From the NCBI GenBank assembly GCA_964478815.1, contig CAYZKY010000001.1:35043-99042 (forward strand): DNA of 64,000 bases, in the 5' to 3' direction. The DNA comes from an uncultured Verrucomicrobiota bacterium (GTDB lineage: Bacteria; Verrucomicrobiota; Verrucomicrobiia; Limisphaerales; SXQI01). Shown here one piece after another: positions 17,501 through 26,237 of the stretch. The translations under genes and the position numbers were made by a program. Each line of letters starts with the position of its first letter. The first letter of the stretch is position 1. Below the pieces are notes generated by a model. It had not been told where the DNA came from, searched no databases, and saw nothing but the letters and a program-made list of their open reading frames with translations.

Positions 17501-20500
17501 GATTCTGTCCGAGATCGCGCAGTTTCAGCCGGATGTGATTCTGAATTCGGTGCGTTCGCGCGACGCTCTGAGCGATGCGTTGAGCGTCGGATTCCGGGAC
17601 GCCACGCGCATCGCGATCGAGGGAGATTTGTGCAACATCACCCCGGCCGATCGCGCGCGCTACGATTCGGAATACACCCGACTGGTAACGATGCCCGGAA
17701 CGGCCAAAACGGAACTGGATAGTCATCGTGCCTTTCTGGAAGGGCTTGGCCTCGTGGCCGGAGAGCTGCAGCCCGTCGCGTGGACATCGCCCGACGACGA
17801 ACAGTTGGCCGATGCCTTCTTCGCGCAGGAGAAGCTGGATCCGCTGCGAACTCTGGCCTTGTTTCCCTTCGGCCAGCACGCGATTCGCGATTACGCAGGT
17901 TACGCGGAGGCGTTGCGCGGCTACGACGATTGGTCGATCCTTATCTTTGGAGGCGCTTCGTCGGAAGCCGCCTGCGGGGAACTTGGGGGCAAACTCCCCG
18001 GACGAGTCTTTAATCTGGCCGGCCGCACGACCGTCCCGGAAGCGGCGGCCCTGCTGCGGCGCTGCCGGGTCATGCTTGGCGCGGAAACCTCGGGCGCGCA
18101 TCTCGCATGCGCCGTCGGTGTGCCGAATGTCGTGCTGCTGGGAGGCGGTCATTTCGGGCGCTTCATGCCCTACAGTCCGCTGACCTCGGTGACCGTGCGC
18201 CCGCTCGAGTGTTTCGGCTGCAACTGGCAATGCCGCCACTCCCGCCCGCATTGCGTGCAGGATCTGCCGCCCCGCGTCCTGGCCGAAGCGTTGCGTCAAA
18301 CGCTGGCCACGCCATCGCCGCGCCCGCGCGTGTTCGTGGAGGCCGCCGGTCCCGAATCCGGCACGGATCGGCCGGGACGCACCGACGTCCGTGCGTATTT
18401 GACCAGCCCTGTCGAAGTGATCGAAGTGCCGGCCGATGCGTCGGAAGCGCCTCTGCCTGAAGCCGCCGCCGCATTGGTCGCCGAAGCCGAAGCGGCCCTG
18501 GTGCGCCAGGATCAGGCGAGTGCCCTGAAGTCGCTGCAAGCGGCCCGTGCCCTTGTGCCGCACCACACCGGTCTGGCGATGGCGATGGCGAACCTTCATG
18601 TGGAGGCCGGGCAATTGGGCGAGGCTCAATCGGTGCTTGAGGCGGCGACGGCGAGCGATCCGGCCAATGTTCTGCTGCATCTGTTCGTCGCGCAAATCTG
18701 CCGCGCCACCGAAGACGCGGAGGGACTCGAACGTTCGCTTTCCAAAGCCTTGCGTCTCGATCCGGCCCACCCGGATGCCCTGCGTTTGCTGGCGGAGCTC
18801 CATATCGCAGCCGGCCGATGGCAATCCGCCGGCGTTATCTACGGCAATCTGCTCAAGCGCGGCGTCGCGGATATCGAGATCATTCTTGCGCTCGGACGTT
18901 GCTTCCTCGAAACGGGACAATTGGAAGCAGCCGTGGCGTGTTGCCATGAAGCGCTCCGCCAGCATCCGAACCATCCGGGCGCCCGGGCCCAGCTTGCCCA
19001 GGTCGAAGCACGCGCCGGAAGTGCCGCCCCGCCGGCGGCGGCGAGCATTCTGCCGGAGCATGAGAAGGTCGGTTGCCGCATCTGCGGCTCGCAGAAGGGC
19101 GCTCCGGTGCGCACGCGGGCCGATATCGTGCAATGCACGGATTGCGGCACGGTCTATCTGCGCACCCGGCTGACGAAAGACGCGATGCGCCGGCTCTACC
19201 AAAGCTACGCCGACGGCGGCTCGCACATGGCCCTGCCGAAGGACGTTGCCGAAGCCGAGCGAAGCGGACTCGCGCGCGACTATTTCCTCAAAGAGATTTT
19301 GGAGTTCACGGAAGCCGGGGGCCGCTTCCTCGATGTGGGCTGCGGCTGGGGGGCGTTCCTCCTCAATGCCCGCAAAAAAGGGTTCGCTCCGCAAGGGATT
19401 GAGCTGACACGCAAATGCGTGCAATACGCCAACGAGCGCTTGCAGATCCCGGTCGTCGACACGCAATTGATCGAAACCGATCTTCCCAAAACCAGCCTGC
19501 GCGTGGTGACGATGAACCATGTTCTCGAGCATCTGCCGGAACCGCGCGCGGCCCTGGTGAAGGTGTGGGAGTCGCTCGAGGCCGGCGGAATGTTCTGTGG
19601 AATCGTGCCCAATTTCGCCTCAGCCTGTTCGACCACGCTGGGCGACCACTGGTACTGGCTCGATCCCCAGTATCACTACACTCATTTTACGCCGGCCACT
19701 CTGCGCAAGCTGCTGGAATCCGCCGGCTTCCAGGTGGAGCGGATTTACACGGCCACCGGCGATTACGGCGCGGAGAATGTCCAGAAGGCGTGTGCGACCG
19801 CGGACCCGAAACTCGCCGACACCCAGTATTTTCAACAGGAACTGAAACGGATCGAGCGGGAAGGGCGAGGCGAGGAGATTCGATTCTTCGCGCGCAAGCC
19901 CCCAGCCTCAACGCGGGCGAACCAGCCCTGGGTTTCGGTCATCGTCTCGGCCTATAACTCCGAACGCTTCCTGCGTCCGTGTCTCGAGAACCTGGCTCGG
20001 CAGACGATTTTCGAACAAACGGAAGTCATCGTCATCGACAGTGGCTCGGAACAGAACGAGCGGGCGATCGTCGAGGATTTCCAGAAGCGGTTCCCGAACA
20101 TTCGCTACATCCGGACCGAACGCGAGACGCTTTACGCCGCCTGGAATCGCGGGCTCGCTCTCGCCCGCGGACGGTACTGGGTGAATGCCAACGCCGACGA
20201 CGCGATGCGCGACGATGCGTTGCAAGTCCTGGCCGCCGGGCTCGAACGCCATCCCGACGCGCCACTCGCCTACGCGGACTGCGCCTGGACTTCCCGGCCG
20301 AACGATTGCTTCCCCTCTCAACATGTGCTGAAGGAAGTGCGCTATCCGGATTACGCCCCGGTGCAAACTCTCTTTTACTGCCTGACCGGATGCCTTCAGT
20401 TCTGGCGGACGGAGTCGCTCCGGGCCCTCGGCGGTTTCGATGCCTCGCTGCGCTACGCGGGGGATTACGAGATCACGACGCGCCTCGCCGAGCAGGGAGG

Positions 20501-23500
20501 CCACGCGCTCCATGTTCCGGACACGCTCTCGCTCTTTTACCAGAATCCGCAAGGGCTCACGCAGGGATCGACCGCTTCGCAGGCTGAGCATGCACACATC
20601 GAGGCGCGCGCGCGCGCGCGGCTATCGATCGAACGCCTGTTCCAGTGCCGGGCTGGCAGCAGCATGGGGTTGGCTCGCGCCTGGACCAGCCTGGGTCTGC
20701 ACGCGCTCGAAGTGCATGTGCCCTGGGAAAAGCAACCCATGCGGCAGGAAGCCTTCGCCTTCGAGTGCTTCCGCAAAGCCTTTCAGATCGAGCCCGAATG
20801 CCCGGAGGCCGCGCTCAACTATCTCATCGCCGCGACCAATACCGGCCAGGGTCACTTGGTGCGGGAACAGGAGAACTCCGACATCCCCACGGTGCGACAA
20901 GCCGTGGAAAAATGGCGCGCCAACGCGGCATTCGAGAAGCCCGCGGCCCTTCCGGCGGTGGTGGGCCCGAGGTTCGAATCCATCCAGGCCCATCCGGAAC
21001 TGCTGGCCGAGGAACCCGAAGCGATCCGCCCGTGGGTCGCGCGCCGTGAAGGTCGTTTTACCTATCTTTCCTCCCGCCTCATCCCGCCCCCGCAGTCCGG
21101 CGCCTATACGGAGAAGGAATTCCAGGCCATTAGCGCCGAACTGTTCCGGGCGATCAGCCAGTTTCCGAAGTTCCATGCGCATTTCGGCGGCATTGGTGAC
21201 GCGCTGGTCCTGCTCAGCACCTTTCTGGATCGGTCCCCCGGCGGCATCGTGCTCAGCTATCCGAATTCCATTCCGGCGGCGCGGTCGTTCTTCGATGCGT
21301 TTCCGGAAATCGGACAGGTCTATTTTCTGCCGCTCTCCGACAGTCCGCGGTTCCATGCCATCCTGCGCTGGATCATGCGCACGATTCCAAACTGCCTCGG
21401 CGCCGGTGCTACTCCAAAGGAAGGCTACGACGAGTGGAATGCCCGGCTCGACATCGAACGGGCTTACGGCGTGTGCAAATCGCCGCGCTGGCCGAAACGC
21501 TTCGGCTCGAACGAGGCTTCCCGCACCATCTGCCTCGCTCCCAAAGGCAGCCTGACCGGCATGGTCGGCTCGAAGAAGAATATTGTCGATCCGGCGATCT
21601 GGCCGGACCTGATCCGCATGATTCGCGACCGCGGCTTCGAGCCGGTGATCATCGGCACCCCGGACGAACGCGCCGAGTACCCCAGCCTCGACGGCTGTCT
21701 CGATCGGCGGAGCTACTCGTTCGCCGAACAGATGACGCACATCGCCCGGGCGGCGGCCCTCGTCGGCGCAGATTCTTGGGCCAAATCGTTCTCCGCCCTC
21801 GCGGGAATTCCGACCATTGTCTTCGAACCTTTGAAAGGTGCCGATTGGGCTGGGCTCAAAGATCCCTCGGATTTCGTCTTTATCGAGCCCTGGCCCAGCA
21901 TCCAGATGGTGAAGAACCTCGCGCAATGTACCGAGGCTCTGAATCGATGCGTGAAGGGTGCTCCGAAAGCCCCTCCAGCGGCGCGCGCCATCGTCGCATG
22001 GGAAGGCCCATTTGCCGGCTGCGGCAGTCTGGCGCATATCAATCGGCAGCTCGTCACCCGCCTCGAGAAGCACCGCGGCCTCTCGATCACCCGCGGTTCT
22101 CGCCCGGACGCGCAACTGACCGTCCGCCATGCCTGGCCCCCGAATTGGGCCAAACCGAAACAAGGGAAACTTGCGATCATCCAGCCTTGGGAATTCGGTT
22201 CCCTGCCGGCCGCGTGGGTCCAGCAGGCGAATCAAGTGGACGAGTTCTGGGTGCCCTCGAACTACGTTCGGCAGGTCTACCTGGATTCCGGCATCGATCC
22301 GGCCAAAGTGCATGTGGTGCCCAACGCGGTGGACCTGGAATTGTTCCACCCTGGCGTCAAACCGCGCCCGTTGCCCACGCGCAAATCGTTCAAGTTCCTC
22401 TTCGTCGGCGGCACCATTCCCCGCAAAGGCATTGACCTCTTGCTGCAGTGCTACTGCCGCACGTTCACGGCGGCTGACGACGTGGTGTTGGTCATTAAGG
22501 ATTTTGGCGGGAAGAGTATCTACGCGGGCAAAACGCTCGGGGACGAAATCCAAAGGCTTTGTTCCCACCCGAACGCTCCGGAGATCGTTTATCTCGATGA
22601 GGAACTTCCCGCCGAAAGTTTGCCGGGATTATATACGGCCTGCGATTGCCTGGTGCATCCGTATCGCGGCGAGGGCTTCGGCCTCCCGGTCCTGGAAGCC
22701 ATGGCCTGCGGCCGGCCCGTGATCGTGACGGCCGGCGGCGCGACGGATGATTTCGTGCCCGAATGCGCCTCGCTCAAGATTCCCTCGACTCGCCGCTCCC
22801 TCGGCCGATCCGTCGATGGCATTCCCACGGCCGGCGAAGCCTGGCTGCTGGAGCCGGATCCCGCCGAGTTGTCGAAACACCTCGCATGGGCCGTCTCGCA
22901 CCGCCCGGAGCTGGCCGCCAAAGGCCAGGCCGCCCGCCCACAGGCCTCGAAATACTCCTGGGAGCGCATGGCAGAACACGTCGCCACGCGTCTTGCCGCC
23001 GCCGTAGCCGCCCCTACCAATCGTCGCTCGCCGCTGGCCAACGCTGAAGCTGCGCTGGAGGCCAAGGACCTGCCCACCGCCTGGCAGCTCGCATCGGTGT
23101 CGCTCGAACGGCATCCGTTCAACCCCAGCGCTCTCCTCCTGCTGGCCAAAATCGCTCTGGCCGCCGGGGATCTGGTCAGGGCTCGTCTCTGCGCGGAACG
23201 CGCCGGGCAATTGGCCCCGTCCTGGAAAGCTCCCCGGAAATTCGCCAAGGCCCTCCCTCGCAAAGCCGAAGTGCGTGTCCATCTGCCGCCGCTGCCGCCG
23301 CTCCCCGATCCAGCCAAGCCGCGCCTGTCTGTTTGCCTGATCGTGAAAAACGAAGAGGCGTTTCTCGGGCGCTGCCTCGCTTCCGTTCGAGAAGTGGCCC
23401 ACGAGATCATCGTGGTCGATACCGGCTCCACCGATCGCACCGTGCCAATCGCCCGCGAACAGGGCGCGCAGGTTCATCAGATCGCCTGGCAGGACAATTT

Positions 23501-24929
23501 CAGCGCGGCGCGCAATGCCGCTCTTTCCCATGCGACCGGGGATTGGATACTCTCCATTGATGCGGACGAGGAGCTGCGTCCGGAAACCCGCGAAGCGCTC
23601 TCGAAGCACCTGCGCGATACAGCCGCGATCGCGTTCCGCCTGCCGATTATCGATGCCGGCCAGGAAAACCACGGCTGCAGCTATGTCCCGCGGCTGTTCC
23701 GCAACGCCCCCGGCGTCGCCTTCACCGGCTGCATCCACGAGCAAGCCTTCAGCAGCCTGGAGGAACAACGCCAGGAGTGGGGCCTCGAATTCAAGCTGGG
23801 AGCCGCTGCCTTGTTGCATCACGGTTACGCCGATTCGGTGCAAGCCTCCCGCGGCAAGATCAAGCGCAACCTCGCGTTGCTCCGCCGGGCGGCGGCAGAG
23901 TCGCCCGGGGACGCCAATCTCCTGATGAACCTCGGGTTGGAACTCGTGCGCAGCGGTGACTTGCAAGCCGGCCTCGGCCAGTACCGCGCGGCGTACGAAA
24001 CCCTGGCCCGGCGGCCGCTGGGCGGAATTCCGGCCGAACTCCGCGAGACGTTCCTGACGCAGTATGCCACCTACTCGCTCCGCGCGGCCAACTATCCGGC
24101 GATCCTCGGTCTATTCTCGACGCCGCTGGCCAAGTCGGCTCCGTTAACCGCCTCGATGCATTACCTGGCCGGGCTCGCCGGCTTCGAGACCAAGCAGTTT
24201 GCGGTGGCGGCCGGACACTTTCGCGAGACCATCTCGAAACGGAACCGCCCGGCCCTCTCGCCGATCCTGCCGCAGGTGCTCACCGCCGCCCCGGAGCATT
24301 GCCTCGCGGCCTGCCAGCACAAGCTCGGCCAAACCGGGGAAGCGGCCCGCGCCTTCCAGCAGGCCATCGCGCGCGATCCGAACAACAGCGCGCTTCACCA
24401 GGATTACGCCTGCTTCCTGCGCGACGTGGGCGAGCCCGTCGAAGCGATCAAAGTGTTGCACCAACGGATCGCCAAGGACCCGGCCGAGCAAGACTCCTGG
24501 ACGCTGGGAGCGCAAATCGCTTTGGCCCATCCGTCCATGCACGAATTCGCCGTCGAATGGACCGGAGAAGCCCTCCGCTGTCTGCCGGGGCATCCTGCGC
24601 TTTCCCTGTTCCGGGCCGAGGCGCTCCTGCTGGGACAACAGCCGGCCGAAGCCGCACGGGTGCTCGCGGATGGCTCAGTGCCTGCCTCGCCCGCCTTATC
24701 GGCCCGGCGGATCGCCTGCCAATTGCTCGCGGATGAGCCGCGGCTCGTGCTCGGCGCCGCGAACTCGGCCGAAACCAGCCAGGAGTTTTTGAAGTTCTAC
24801 CGCGTGCTGGTGCAACGAGGGGCCGCCGCGCAAATCGATGCCATTAACCAGCGTCTCGACAATCTCGCCTTGGTTCTGCCCGCCGCAGCGCAACGGCTGC
24901 AATCCGTCCTGGTCGAAGCGGCGGCTTGA
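14562..24929 (+). CDS. Giant (3455 aa) multi-domain glycosyltransferase/methyltransferase/pyruvyltransferase/TPR fusion protein; candidate flagellin glycan assembly enzyme
   Basis: One uninterrupted frame with recognisable modules in series (approximate aa positions).
- 25-305: pyruvyltransferase-like (TTRLHASLYANGHGIPGIII).
- 380-595: FkbM methyltransferase (VFDVGAHHGKYT, IDYLKLDVEGAE).
- 610-860: GT-A-like (QIDADE).
- 910-1245: GT9-like (ILFVRTDSIGDAVL, GAETSGAHLACAVGVPNVVL).
- 1300-1480: TPR.
- 1500-1775: CxxC...CxxC ribbon plus class I SAM methyltransferase (FLDVGCGWGAF, NHVLEHLPEP).
- 1790-2000: GT2 (VSVIVSAYNSERFL, NADDAM).
- 2205-2465: second GT9-like module.
- 2470-2810: GT4 (GEGFGLPVLEAMACGRPVI).
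- 2820-2890: TPR.
- 2920-3095: GT2 (LSVCLIVKNEEAFL, SIDADEEL).
- 3100-3455: TPR. Confidence 0.85.
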   Translation: MTPPANSSGASLLSDAPVSRPVRHFIISGTTLWNPGDDFVRGGVIRALRSSFPDASLNFHFYNFAEDQFPKSKFRGVGNEVGPSDLERMKGFVDGIIVAGLSAGHEIKDLYRWILESGLEDRVYLIGAGYENPYCAEHLAQEPEAAIFRKARLLIGRTERRPAMLGEGYRHLPCPALLSVPEVKTLPANQRIERTGFSIQLPHEAGVTNQTCDAAFHQLAVEILLERARLGPVEVVVHHKSEYFYFAKLLEGTGIPVRYSSFVEDLHDIYRGFDLVVTTRLHASLYANGHGIPGIIINRSERHTAALDRFDHSRCAADRPSFDAEFARIENLGLSRIAKELAAFKANLLGEYVGLIRPAFAKCHPQQDSSAYEFDSEKKEQRLVRALVRPGMTVFDVGAHHGKYTKLFGLLAGDAGRVFAFEPTPESADRLQSMVDREALDNTTLTRAVVHETVGTANLHRFPERYSSWNGLGQPSMEDPEDPSKLVALVDSVEVPAVTLDAFCAARQIDRIDYLKLDVEGAEIIALRGAAGLLRRQAIGHLQFEVSRKMLEGLGTKAGEVFAYLASFGYECHAIREDGSIGEVCADSDSFYENYIALPAKKPADLPVHFFTIVLNGQPFLPWHIGVLRQLPFRWHWHIVEGVAELNHDTGWSRKTGGRIPEAQHSGGLSIDGTREYLDQLQRAFPGQVTIYRPPGGRFWDGKREMVNAPLPHITEQGLLWQIDADELWTVSQIVRARQLFLAHPEKTAAFFYCHFFVGPDRVITSRDTYGNNSAYEWLRVWRYRPGDSWAAHEPPRLMRPVPGGQAIDVCALDPLRQAETEACGLVFQHFAYATPAQVQFKQDYYGYAGAVERWEQLQQVTQFPARLADYFPWVKDGATVDRCDRSGVTPLLRLDNTLLGDAAKSLEIPERILFVRTDSIGDAVLAASMLEPLARQFPSAKIAVLCQEHVAPLYAACPLIASIICFKRAEVETPAGLKQILSEIAQFQPDVILNSVRSRDALSDALSVGFRDATRIAIEGDLCNITPADRARYDSEYTRLVTMPGTAKTELDSHRAFLEGLGLVAGELQPVAWTSPDDEQLADAFFAQEKLDPLRTLALFPFGQHAIRDYAGYAEALRGYDDWSILIFGGASSEAACGELGGKLPGRVFNLAGRTTVPEAAALLRRCRVMLGAETSGAHLACAVGVPNVVLLGGGHFGRFMPYSPLTSVTVRPLECFGCNWQCRHSRPHCVQDLPPRVLAEALRQTLATPSPRPRVFVEAAGPESGTDRPGRTDVRAYLTSPVEVIEVPADASEAPLPEAAAALVAEAEAALVRQDQASALKSLQAARALVPHHTGLAMAMANLHVEAGQLGEAQSVLEAATASDPANVLLHLFVAQICRATEDAEGLERSLSKALRLDPAHPDALRLLAELHIAAGRWQSAGVIYGNLLKRGVADIEIILALGRCFLETGQLEAAVACCHEALRQHPNHPGARAQLAQVEARAGSAAPPAAASILPEHEKVGCRICGSQKGAPVRTRADIVQCTDCGTVYLRTRLTKDAMRRLYQSYADGGSHMALPKDVAEAERSGLARDYFLKEILEFTEAGGRFLDVGCGWGAFLLNARKKGFAPQGIELTRKCVQYANERLQIPVVDTQLIETDLPKTSLRVVTMNHVLEHLPEPRAALVKVWESLEAGGMFCGIVPNFASACSTTLGDHWYWLDPQYHYTHFTPATLRKLLESAGFQVERIYTATGDYGAENVQKACATADPKLADTQYFQQELKRIEREGRGEEIRFFARKPPASTRANQPWVSVIVSAYNSERFLRPCLENLARQTIFEQTEVIVIDSGSEQNERAIVEDFQKRFPNIRYIRTERETLYAAWNRGLALARGRYWVNANADDAMRDDALQVLAAGLERHPDAPLAYADCAWTSRPNDCFPSQHVLKEVRYPDYAPVQTLFYCLTGCLQFWRTESLRALGGFDASLRYAGDYEITTRLAEQGGHALHVPDTLSLFYQNPQGLTQGSTASQAEHAHIEARARARLSIERLFQCRAGSSMGLARAWTSLGLHALEVHVPWEKQPMRQEAFAFECFRKAFQIEPECPEAALNYLIAATNTGQGHLVREQENSDIPTVRQAVEKWRANAAFEKPAALPAVVGPRFESIQAHPELLAEEPEAIRPWVARREGRFTYLSSRLIPPPQSGAYTEKEFQAISAELFRAISQFPKFHAHFGGIGDALVLLSTFLDRSPGGIVLSYPNSIPAARSFFDAFPEIGQVYFLPLSDSPRFHAILRWIMRTIPNCLGAGATPKEGYDEWNARLDIERAYGVCKSPRWPKRFGSNEASRTICLAPKGSLTGMVGSKKNIVDPAIWPDLIRMIRDRGFEPVIIGTPDERAEYPSLDGCLDRRSYSFAEQMTHIARAAALVGADSWAKSFSALAGIPTIVFEPLKGADWAGLKDPSDFVFIEPWPSIQMVKNLAQCTEALNRCVKGAPKAPPAARAIVAWEGPFAGCGSLAHINRQLVTRLEKHRGLSITRGSRPDAQLTVRHAWPPNWAKPKQGKLAIIQPWEFGSLPAAWVQQANQVDEFWVPSNYVRQVYLDSGIDPAKVHVVPNAVDLELFHPGVKPRPLPTRKSFKFLFVGGTIPRKGIDLLLQCYCRTFTAADDVVLVIKDFGGKSIYAGKTLGDEIQRLCSHPNAPEIVYLDEELPAESLPGLYTACDCLVHPYRGEGFGLPVLEAMACGRPVIVTAGGATDDFVPECASLKIPSTRRSLGRSVDGIPTAGEAWLLEPDPAELSKHLAWAVSHRPELAAKGQAARPQASKYSWERMAEHVATRLAAAVAAPTNRRSPLANAEAALEAKDLPTAWQLASVSLERHPFNPSALLLLAKIALAAGDLVRARLCAERAGQLAPSWKAPRKFAKALPRKAEVRVHLPPLPPLPDPAKPRLSVCLIVKNEEAFLGRCLASVREVAHEIIVVDTGSTDRTVPIAREQGAQVHQIAWQDNFSAARNAALSHATGDWILSIDADEELRPETREALSKHLRDTAAIAFRLPIIDAGQENHGCSYVPRLFRNAPGVAFTGCIHEQAFSSLEEQRQEWGLEFKLGAAALLHHGYADSVQASRGKIKRNLALLRRAAAESPGDANLLMNLGLELVRSGDLQAGLGQYRAAYETLARRPLGGIPAELRETFLTQYATYSLRAANYPAILGLFSTPLAKSAPLTASMHYLAGLAGFETKQFAVAAGHFRETISKRNRPALSPILPQVLTAAPEHCLAACQHKLGQTGEAARAFQQAIARDPNNSALHQDYACFLRDVGEPVEAIKVLHQRIAKDPAEQDSWTLGAQIALAHPSMHEFAVEWTGEALRCLPGHPALSLFRAEALLLGQQPAEAARVLADGSVPASPALSARRIACQLLADEPRLVLGAANSAETSQEFLKFYRVLVQRGAAAQIDAINQRLDNLALVLPAAAQRLQSVLVEAAA

Positions 24930-25018
24930 GCATCAGGGCCGGAGCGCGCAGCCGGTCAATTTTAAATCAGGCGCGCAAACTTGTGGATGCCGCCTGAACT
25001 TTTGCTACGTTGGGCGCG

Positions 25019-25735
25019 ATGAACATCGATCTGGTCCTGCAGGGCCTGCTCGTTTATGCCTGCTTTATTCCGGTGCTGACCTTCCATGAGTTCGCTCATG
25101 CGTGGACGGCCTGGAAGTGCGGCGATTCCACCGCGAAGTCGTTGGGGCGAGTCTCTCTCAATCCCATCCGGCACATGGAGCTTTTCGGGACGGTCGTGCT
25201 GCCGCTCCTCGCCATTTCGCTCCAAATGCTGGCCTCGCCGCTCGCCGGCTTCATCATCGGATGGGGCAAGCCGGTGCCGGTCAATCCCGACAATCTCCGG
25301 CGTCCCAGATTCGACGACACGCTGGTGGCGTTAGCGGGTCCCGCGTCCAACATCCTGCTCGCCATCCTGCTCATGGGCCTGGCCAAAGTCGGGATGCTGA
25401 CCCAATCCGCCGCCTTGATCGATGCCGCGCTGCTCTTCGTGCGCATCAATCTCATTCTCGCCTTCTTCAATCTGATTCCGATCCCGCCCCTCGATGGGTC
25501 GCACGTCATCAAAAACCTGGTGAACATGAGCTTGGAAACCTATTGGCGGCTGGCGCAATTCGGAATCTTTGCCGTGATTCTTTTCCTCAATGTGCCCGGA
25601 GTCCGCACCACTCTGGCCCGCGTCACCTACAGGGCCGAAGTGTGGATCGGGCGGATGTACGGGATCGGCGACGAATCCCCCTCCAAGCGTTATCACCGTG
25701 AACCGCGCCCCCGGCGCCTTAACAATGCCGTTTGA
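25019..25735 (+). CDS. Site-2 protease family (peptidase M50) membrane metalloprotease
   Basis: HEFAHAW (HExxH) in the first TM region and NLIPIPPLDGSHV (NxxPxxxLDG) later. Multi-pass membrane profile. ATG at 25019, with a possible TTG at 25010. Confidence 0.8.
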   Translation: MNIDLVLQGLLVYACFIPVLTFHEFAHAWTAWKCGDSTAKSLGRVSLNPIRHMELFGTVVLPLLAISLQMLASPLAGFIIGWGKPVPVNPDNLRRPRFDDTLVALAGPASNILLAILLMGLAKVGMLTQSAALIDAALLFVRINLILAFFNLIPIPPLDGSHVIKNLVNMSLETYWRLAQFGIFAVILFLNVPGVRTTLARVTYRAEVWIGRMYGIGDESPSKRYHREPRPRRLNNAV

Positions 25736-26192
25736 ATTCAAAACCGTCCGCCGCGTCGAGTTCTCCGAAACCGACATGGCGGGGATCGTCCATTACGCGA
25801 ATTTTTTCCGTTACATGGAGACGGCCGAGCATGGCTTTTACCGCTCGCTGGGGTTTTCCGTCATTCTCGACCAGTTCGATCCGCCGCTCGGCTTCCCCCG
25901 CGTTCATGCCGAGTGCGATTACCGGGAGCCGCTCCGGTTCGAGGATCAGGTCGAAATCCACCTGCTGGTCAAAGAGAAGCGCTCCCGCGTGCTCAGCTAC
26001 CAGTTCCGTTTCAACAAGCTCCCCGAACCCGGCGGCACCCCCAAGCTCGTCGCTGTCGGAGCCTTGACAGTGGTCTGCGTCACTCACGTCCCGAACGGCC
26101 GCATGGGAGCCGTCCCGATCCCGGAAGCCTTGGCCAGCCAGATCGAAGTCGCGCCCGCTGCTTCGCTGGCGCTTCCCGACGCAAAGTCCTGA
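25725..26192 (+). CDS. Acyl-CoA thioesterase, 4HBT/YbgC-like hotdog fold
   Basis: MPFEFKTVRRVEFSETDMAGIVHYANFFRYMETAEHGFYRSLG is the typical YbgC/4HBT N-terminus with the catalytic Asp. Internal ATG at 25725 of the listed ORF. Confidence 0.8.
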   Translation: MPFEFKTVRRVEFSETDMAGIVHYANFFRYMETAEHGFYRSLGFSVILDQFDPPLGFPRVHAECDYREPLRFEDQVEIHLLVKEKRSRVLSYQFRFNKLPEPGGTPKLVAVGALTVVCVTHVPNGRMGAVPIPEALASQIEVAPAASLALPDAKS

Positions 26193-26237
26193 TCGTCCGG
26201 CACCGCTGCCATTCACCAGCCAACGCCGGCGGCTGGC

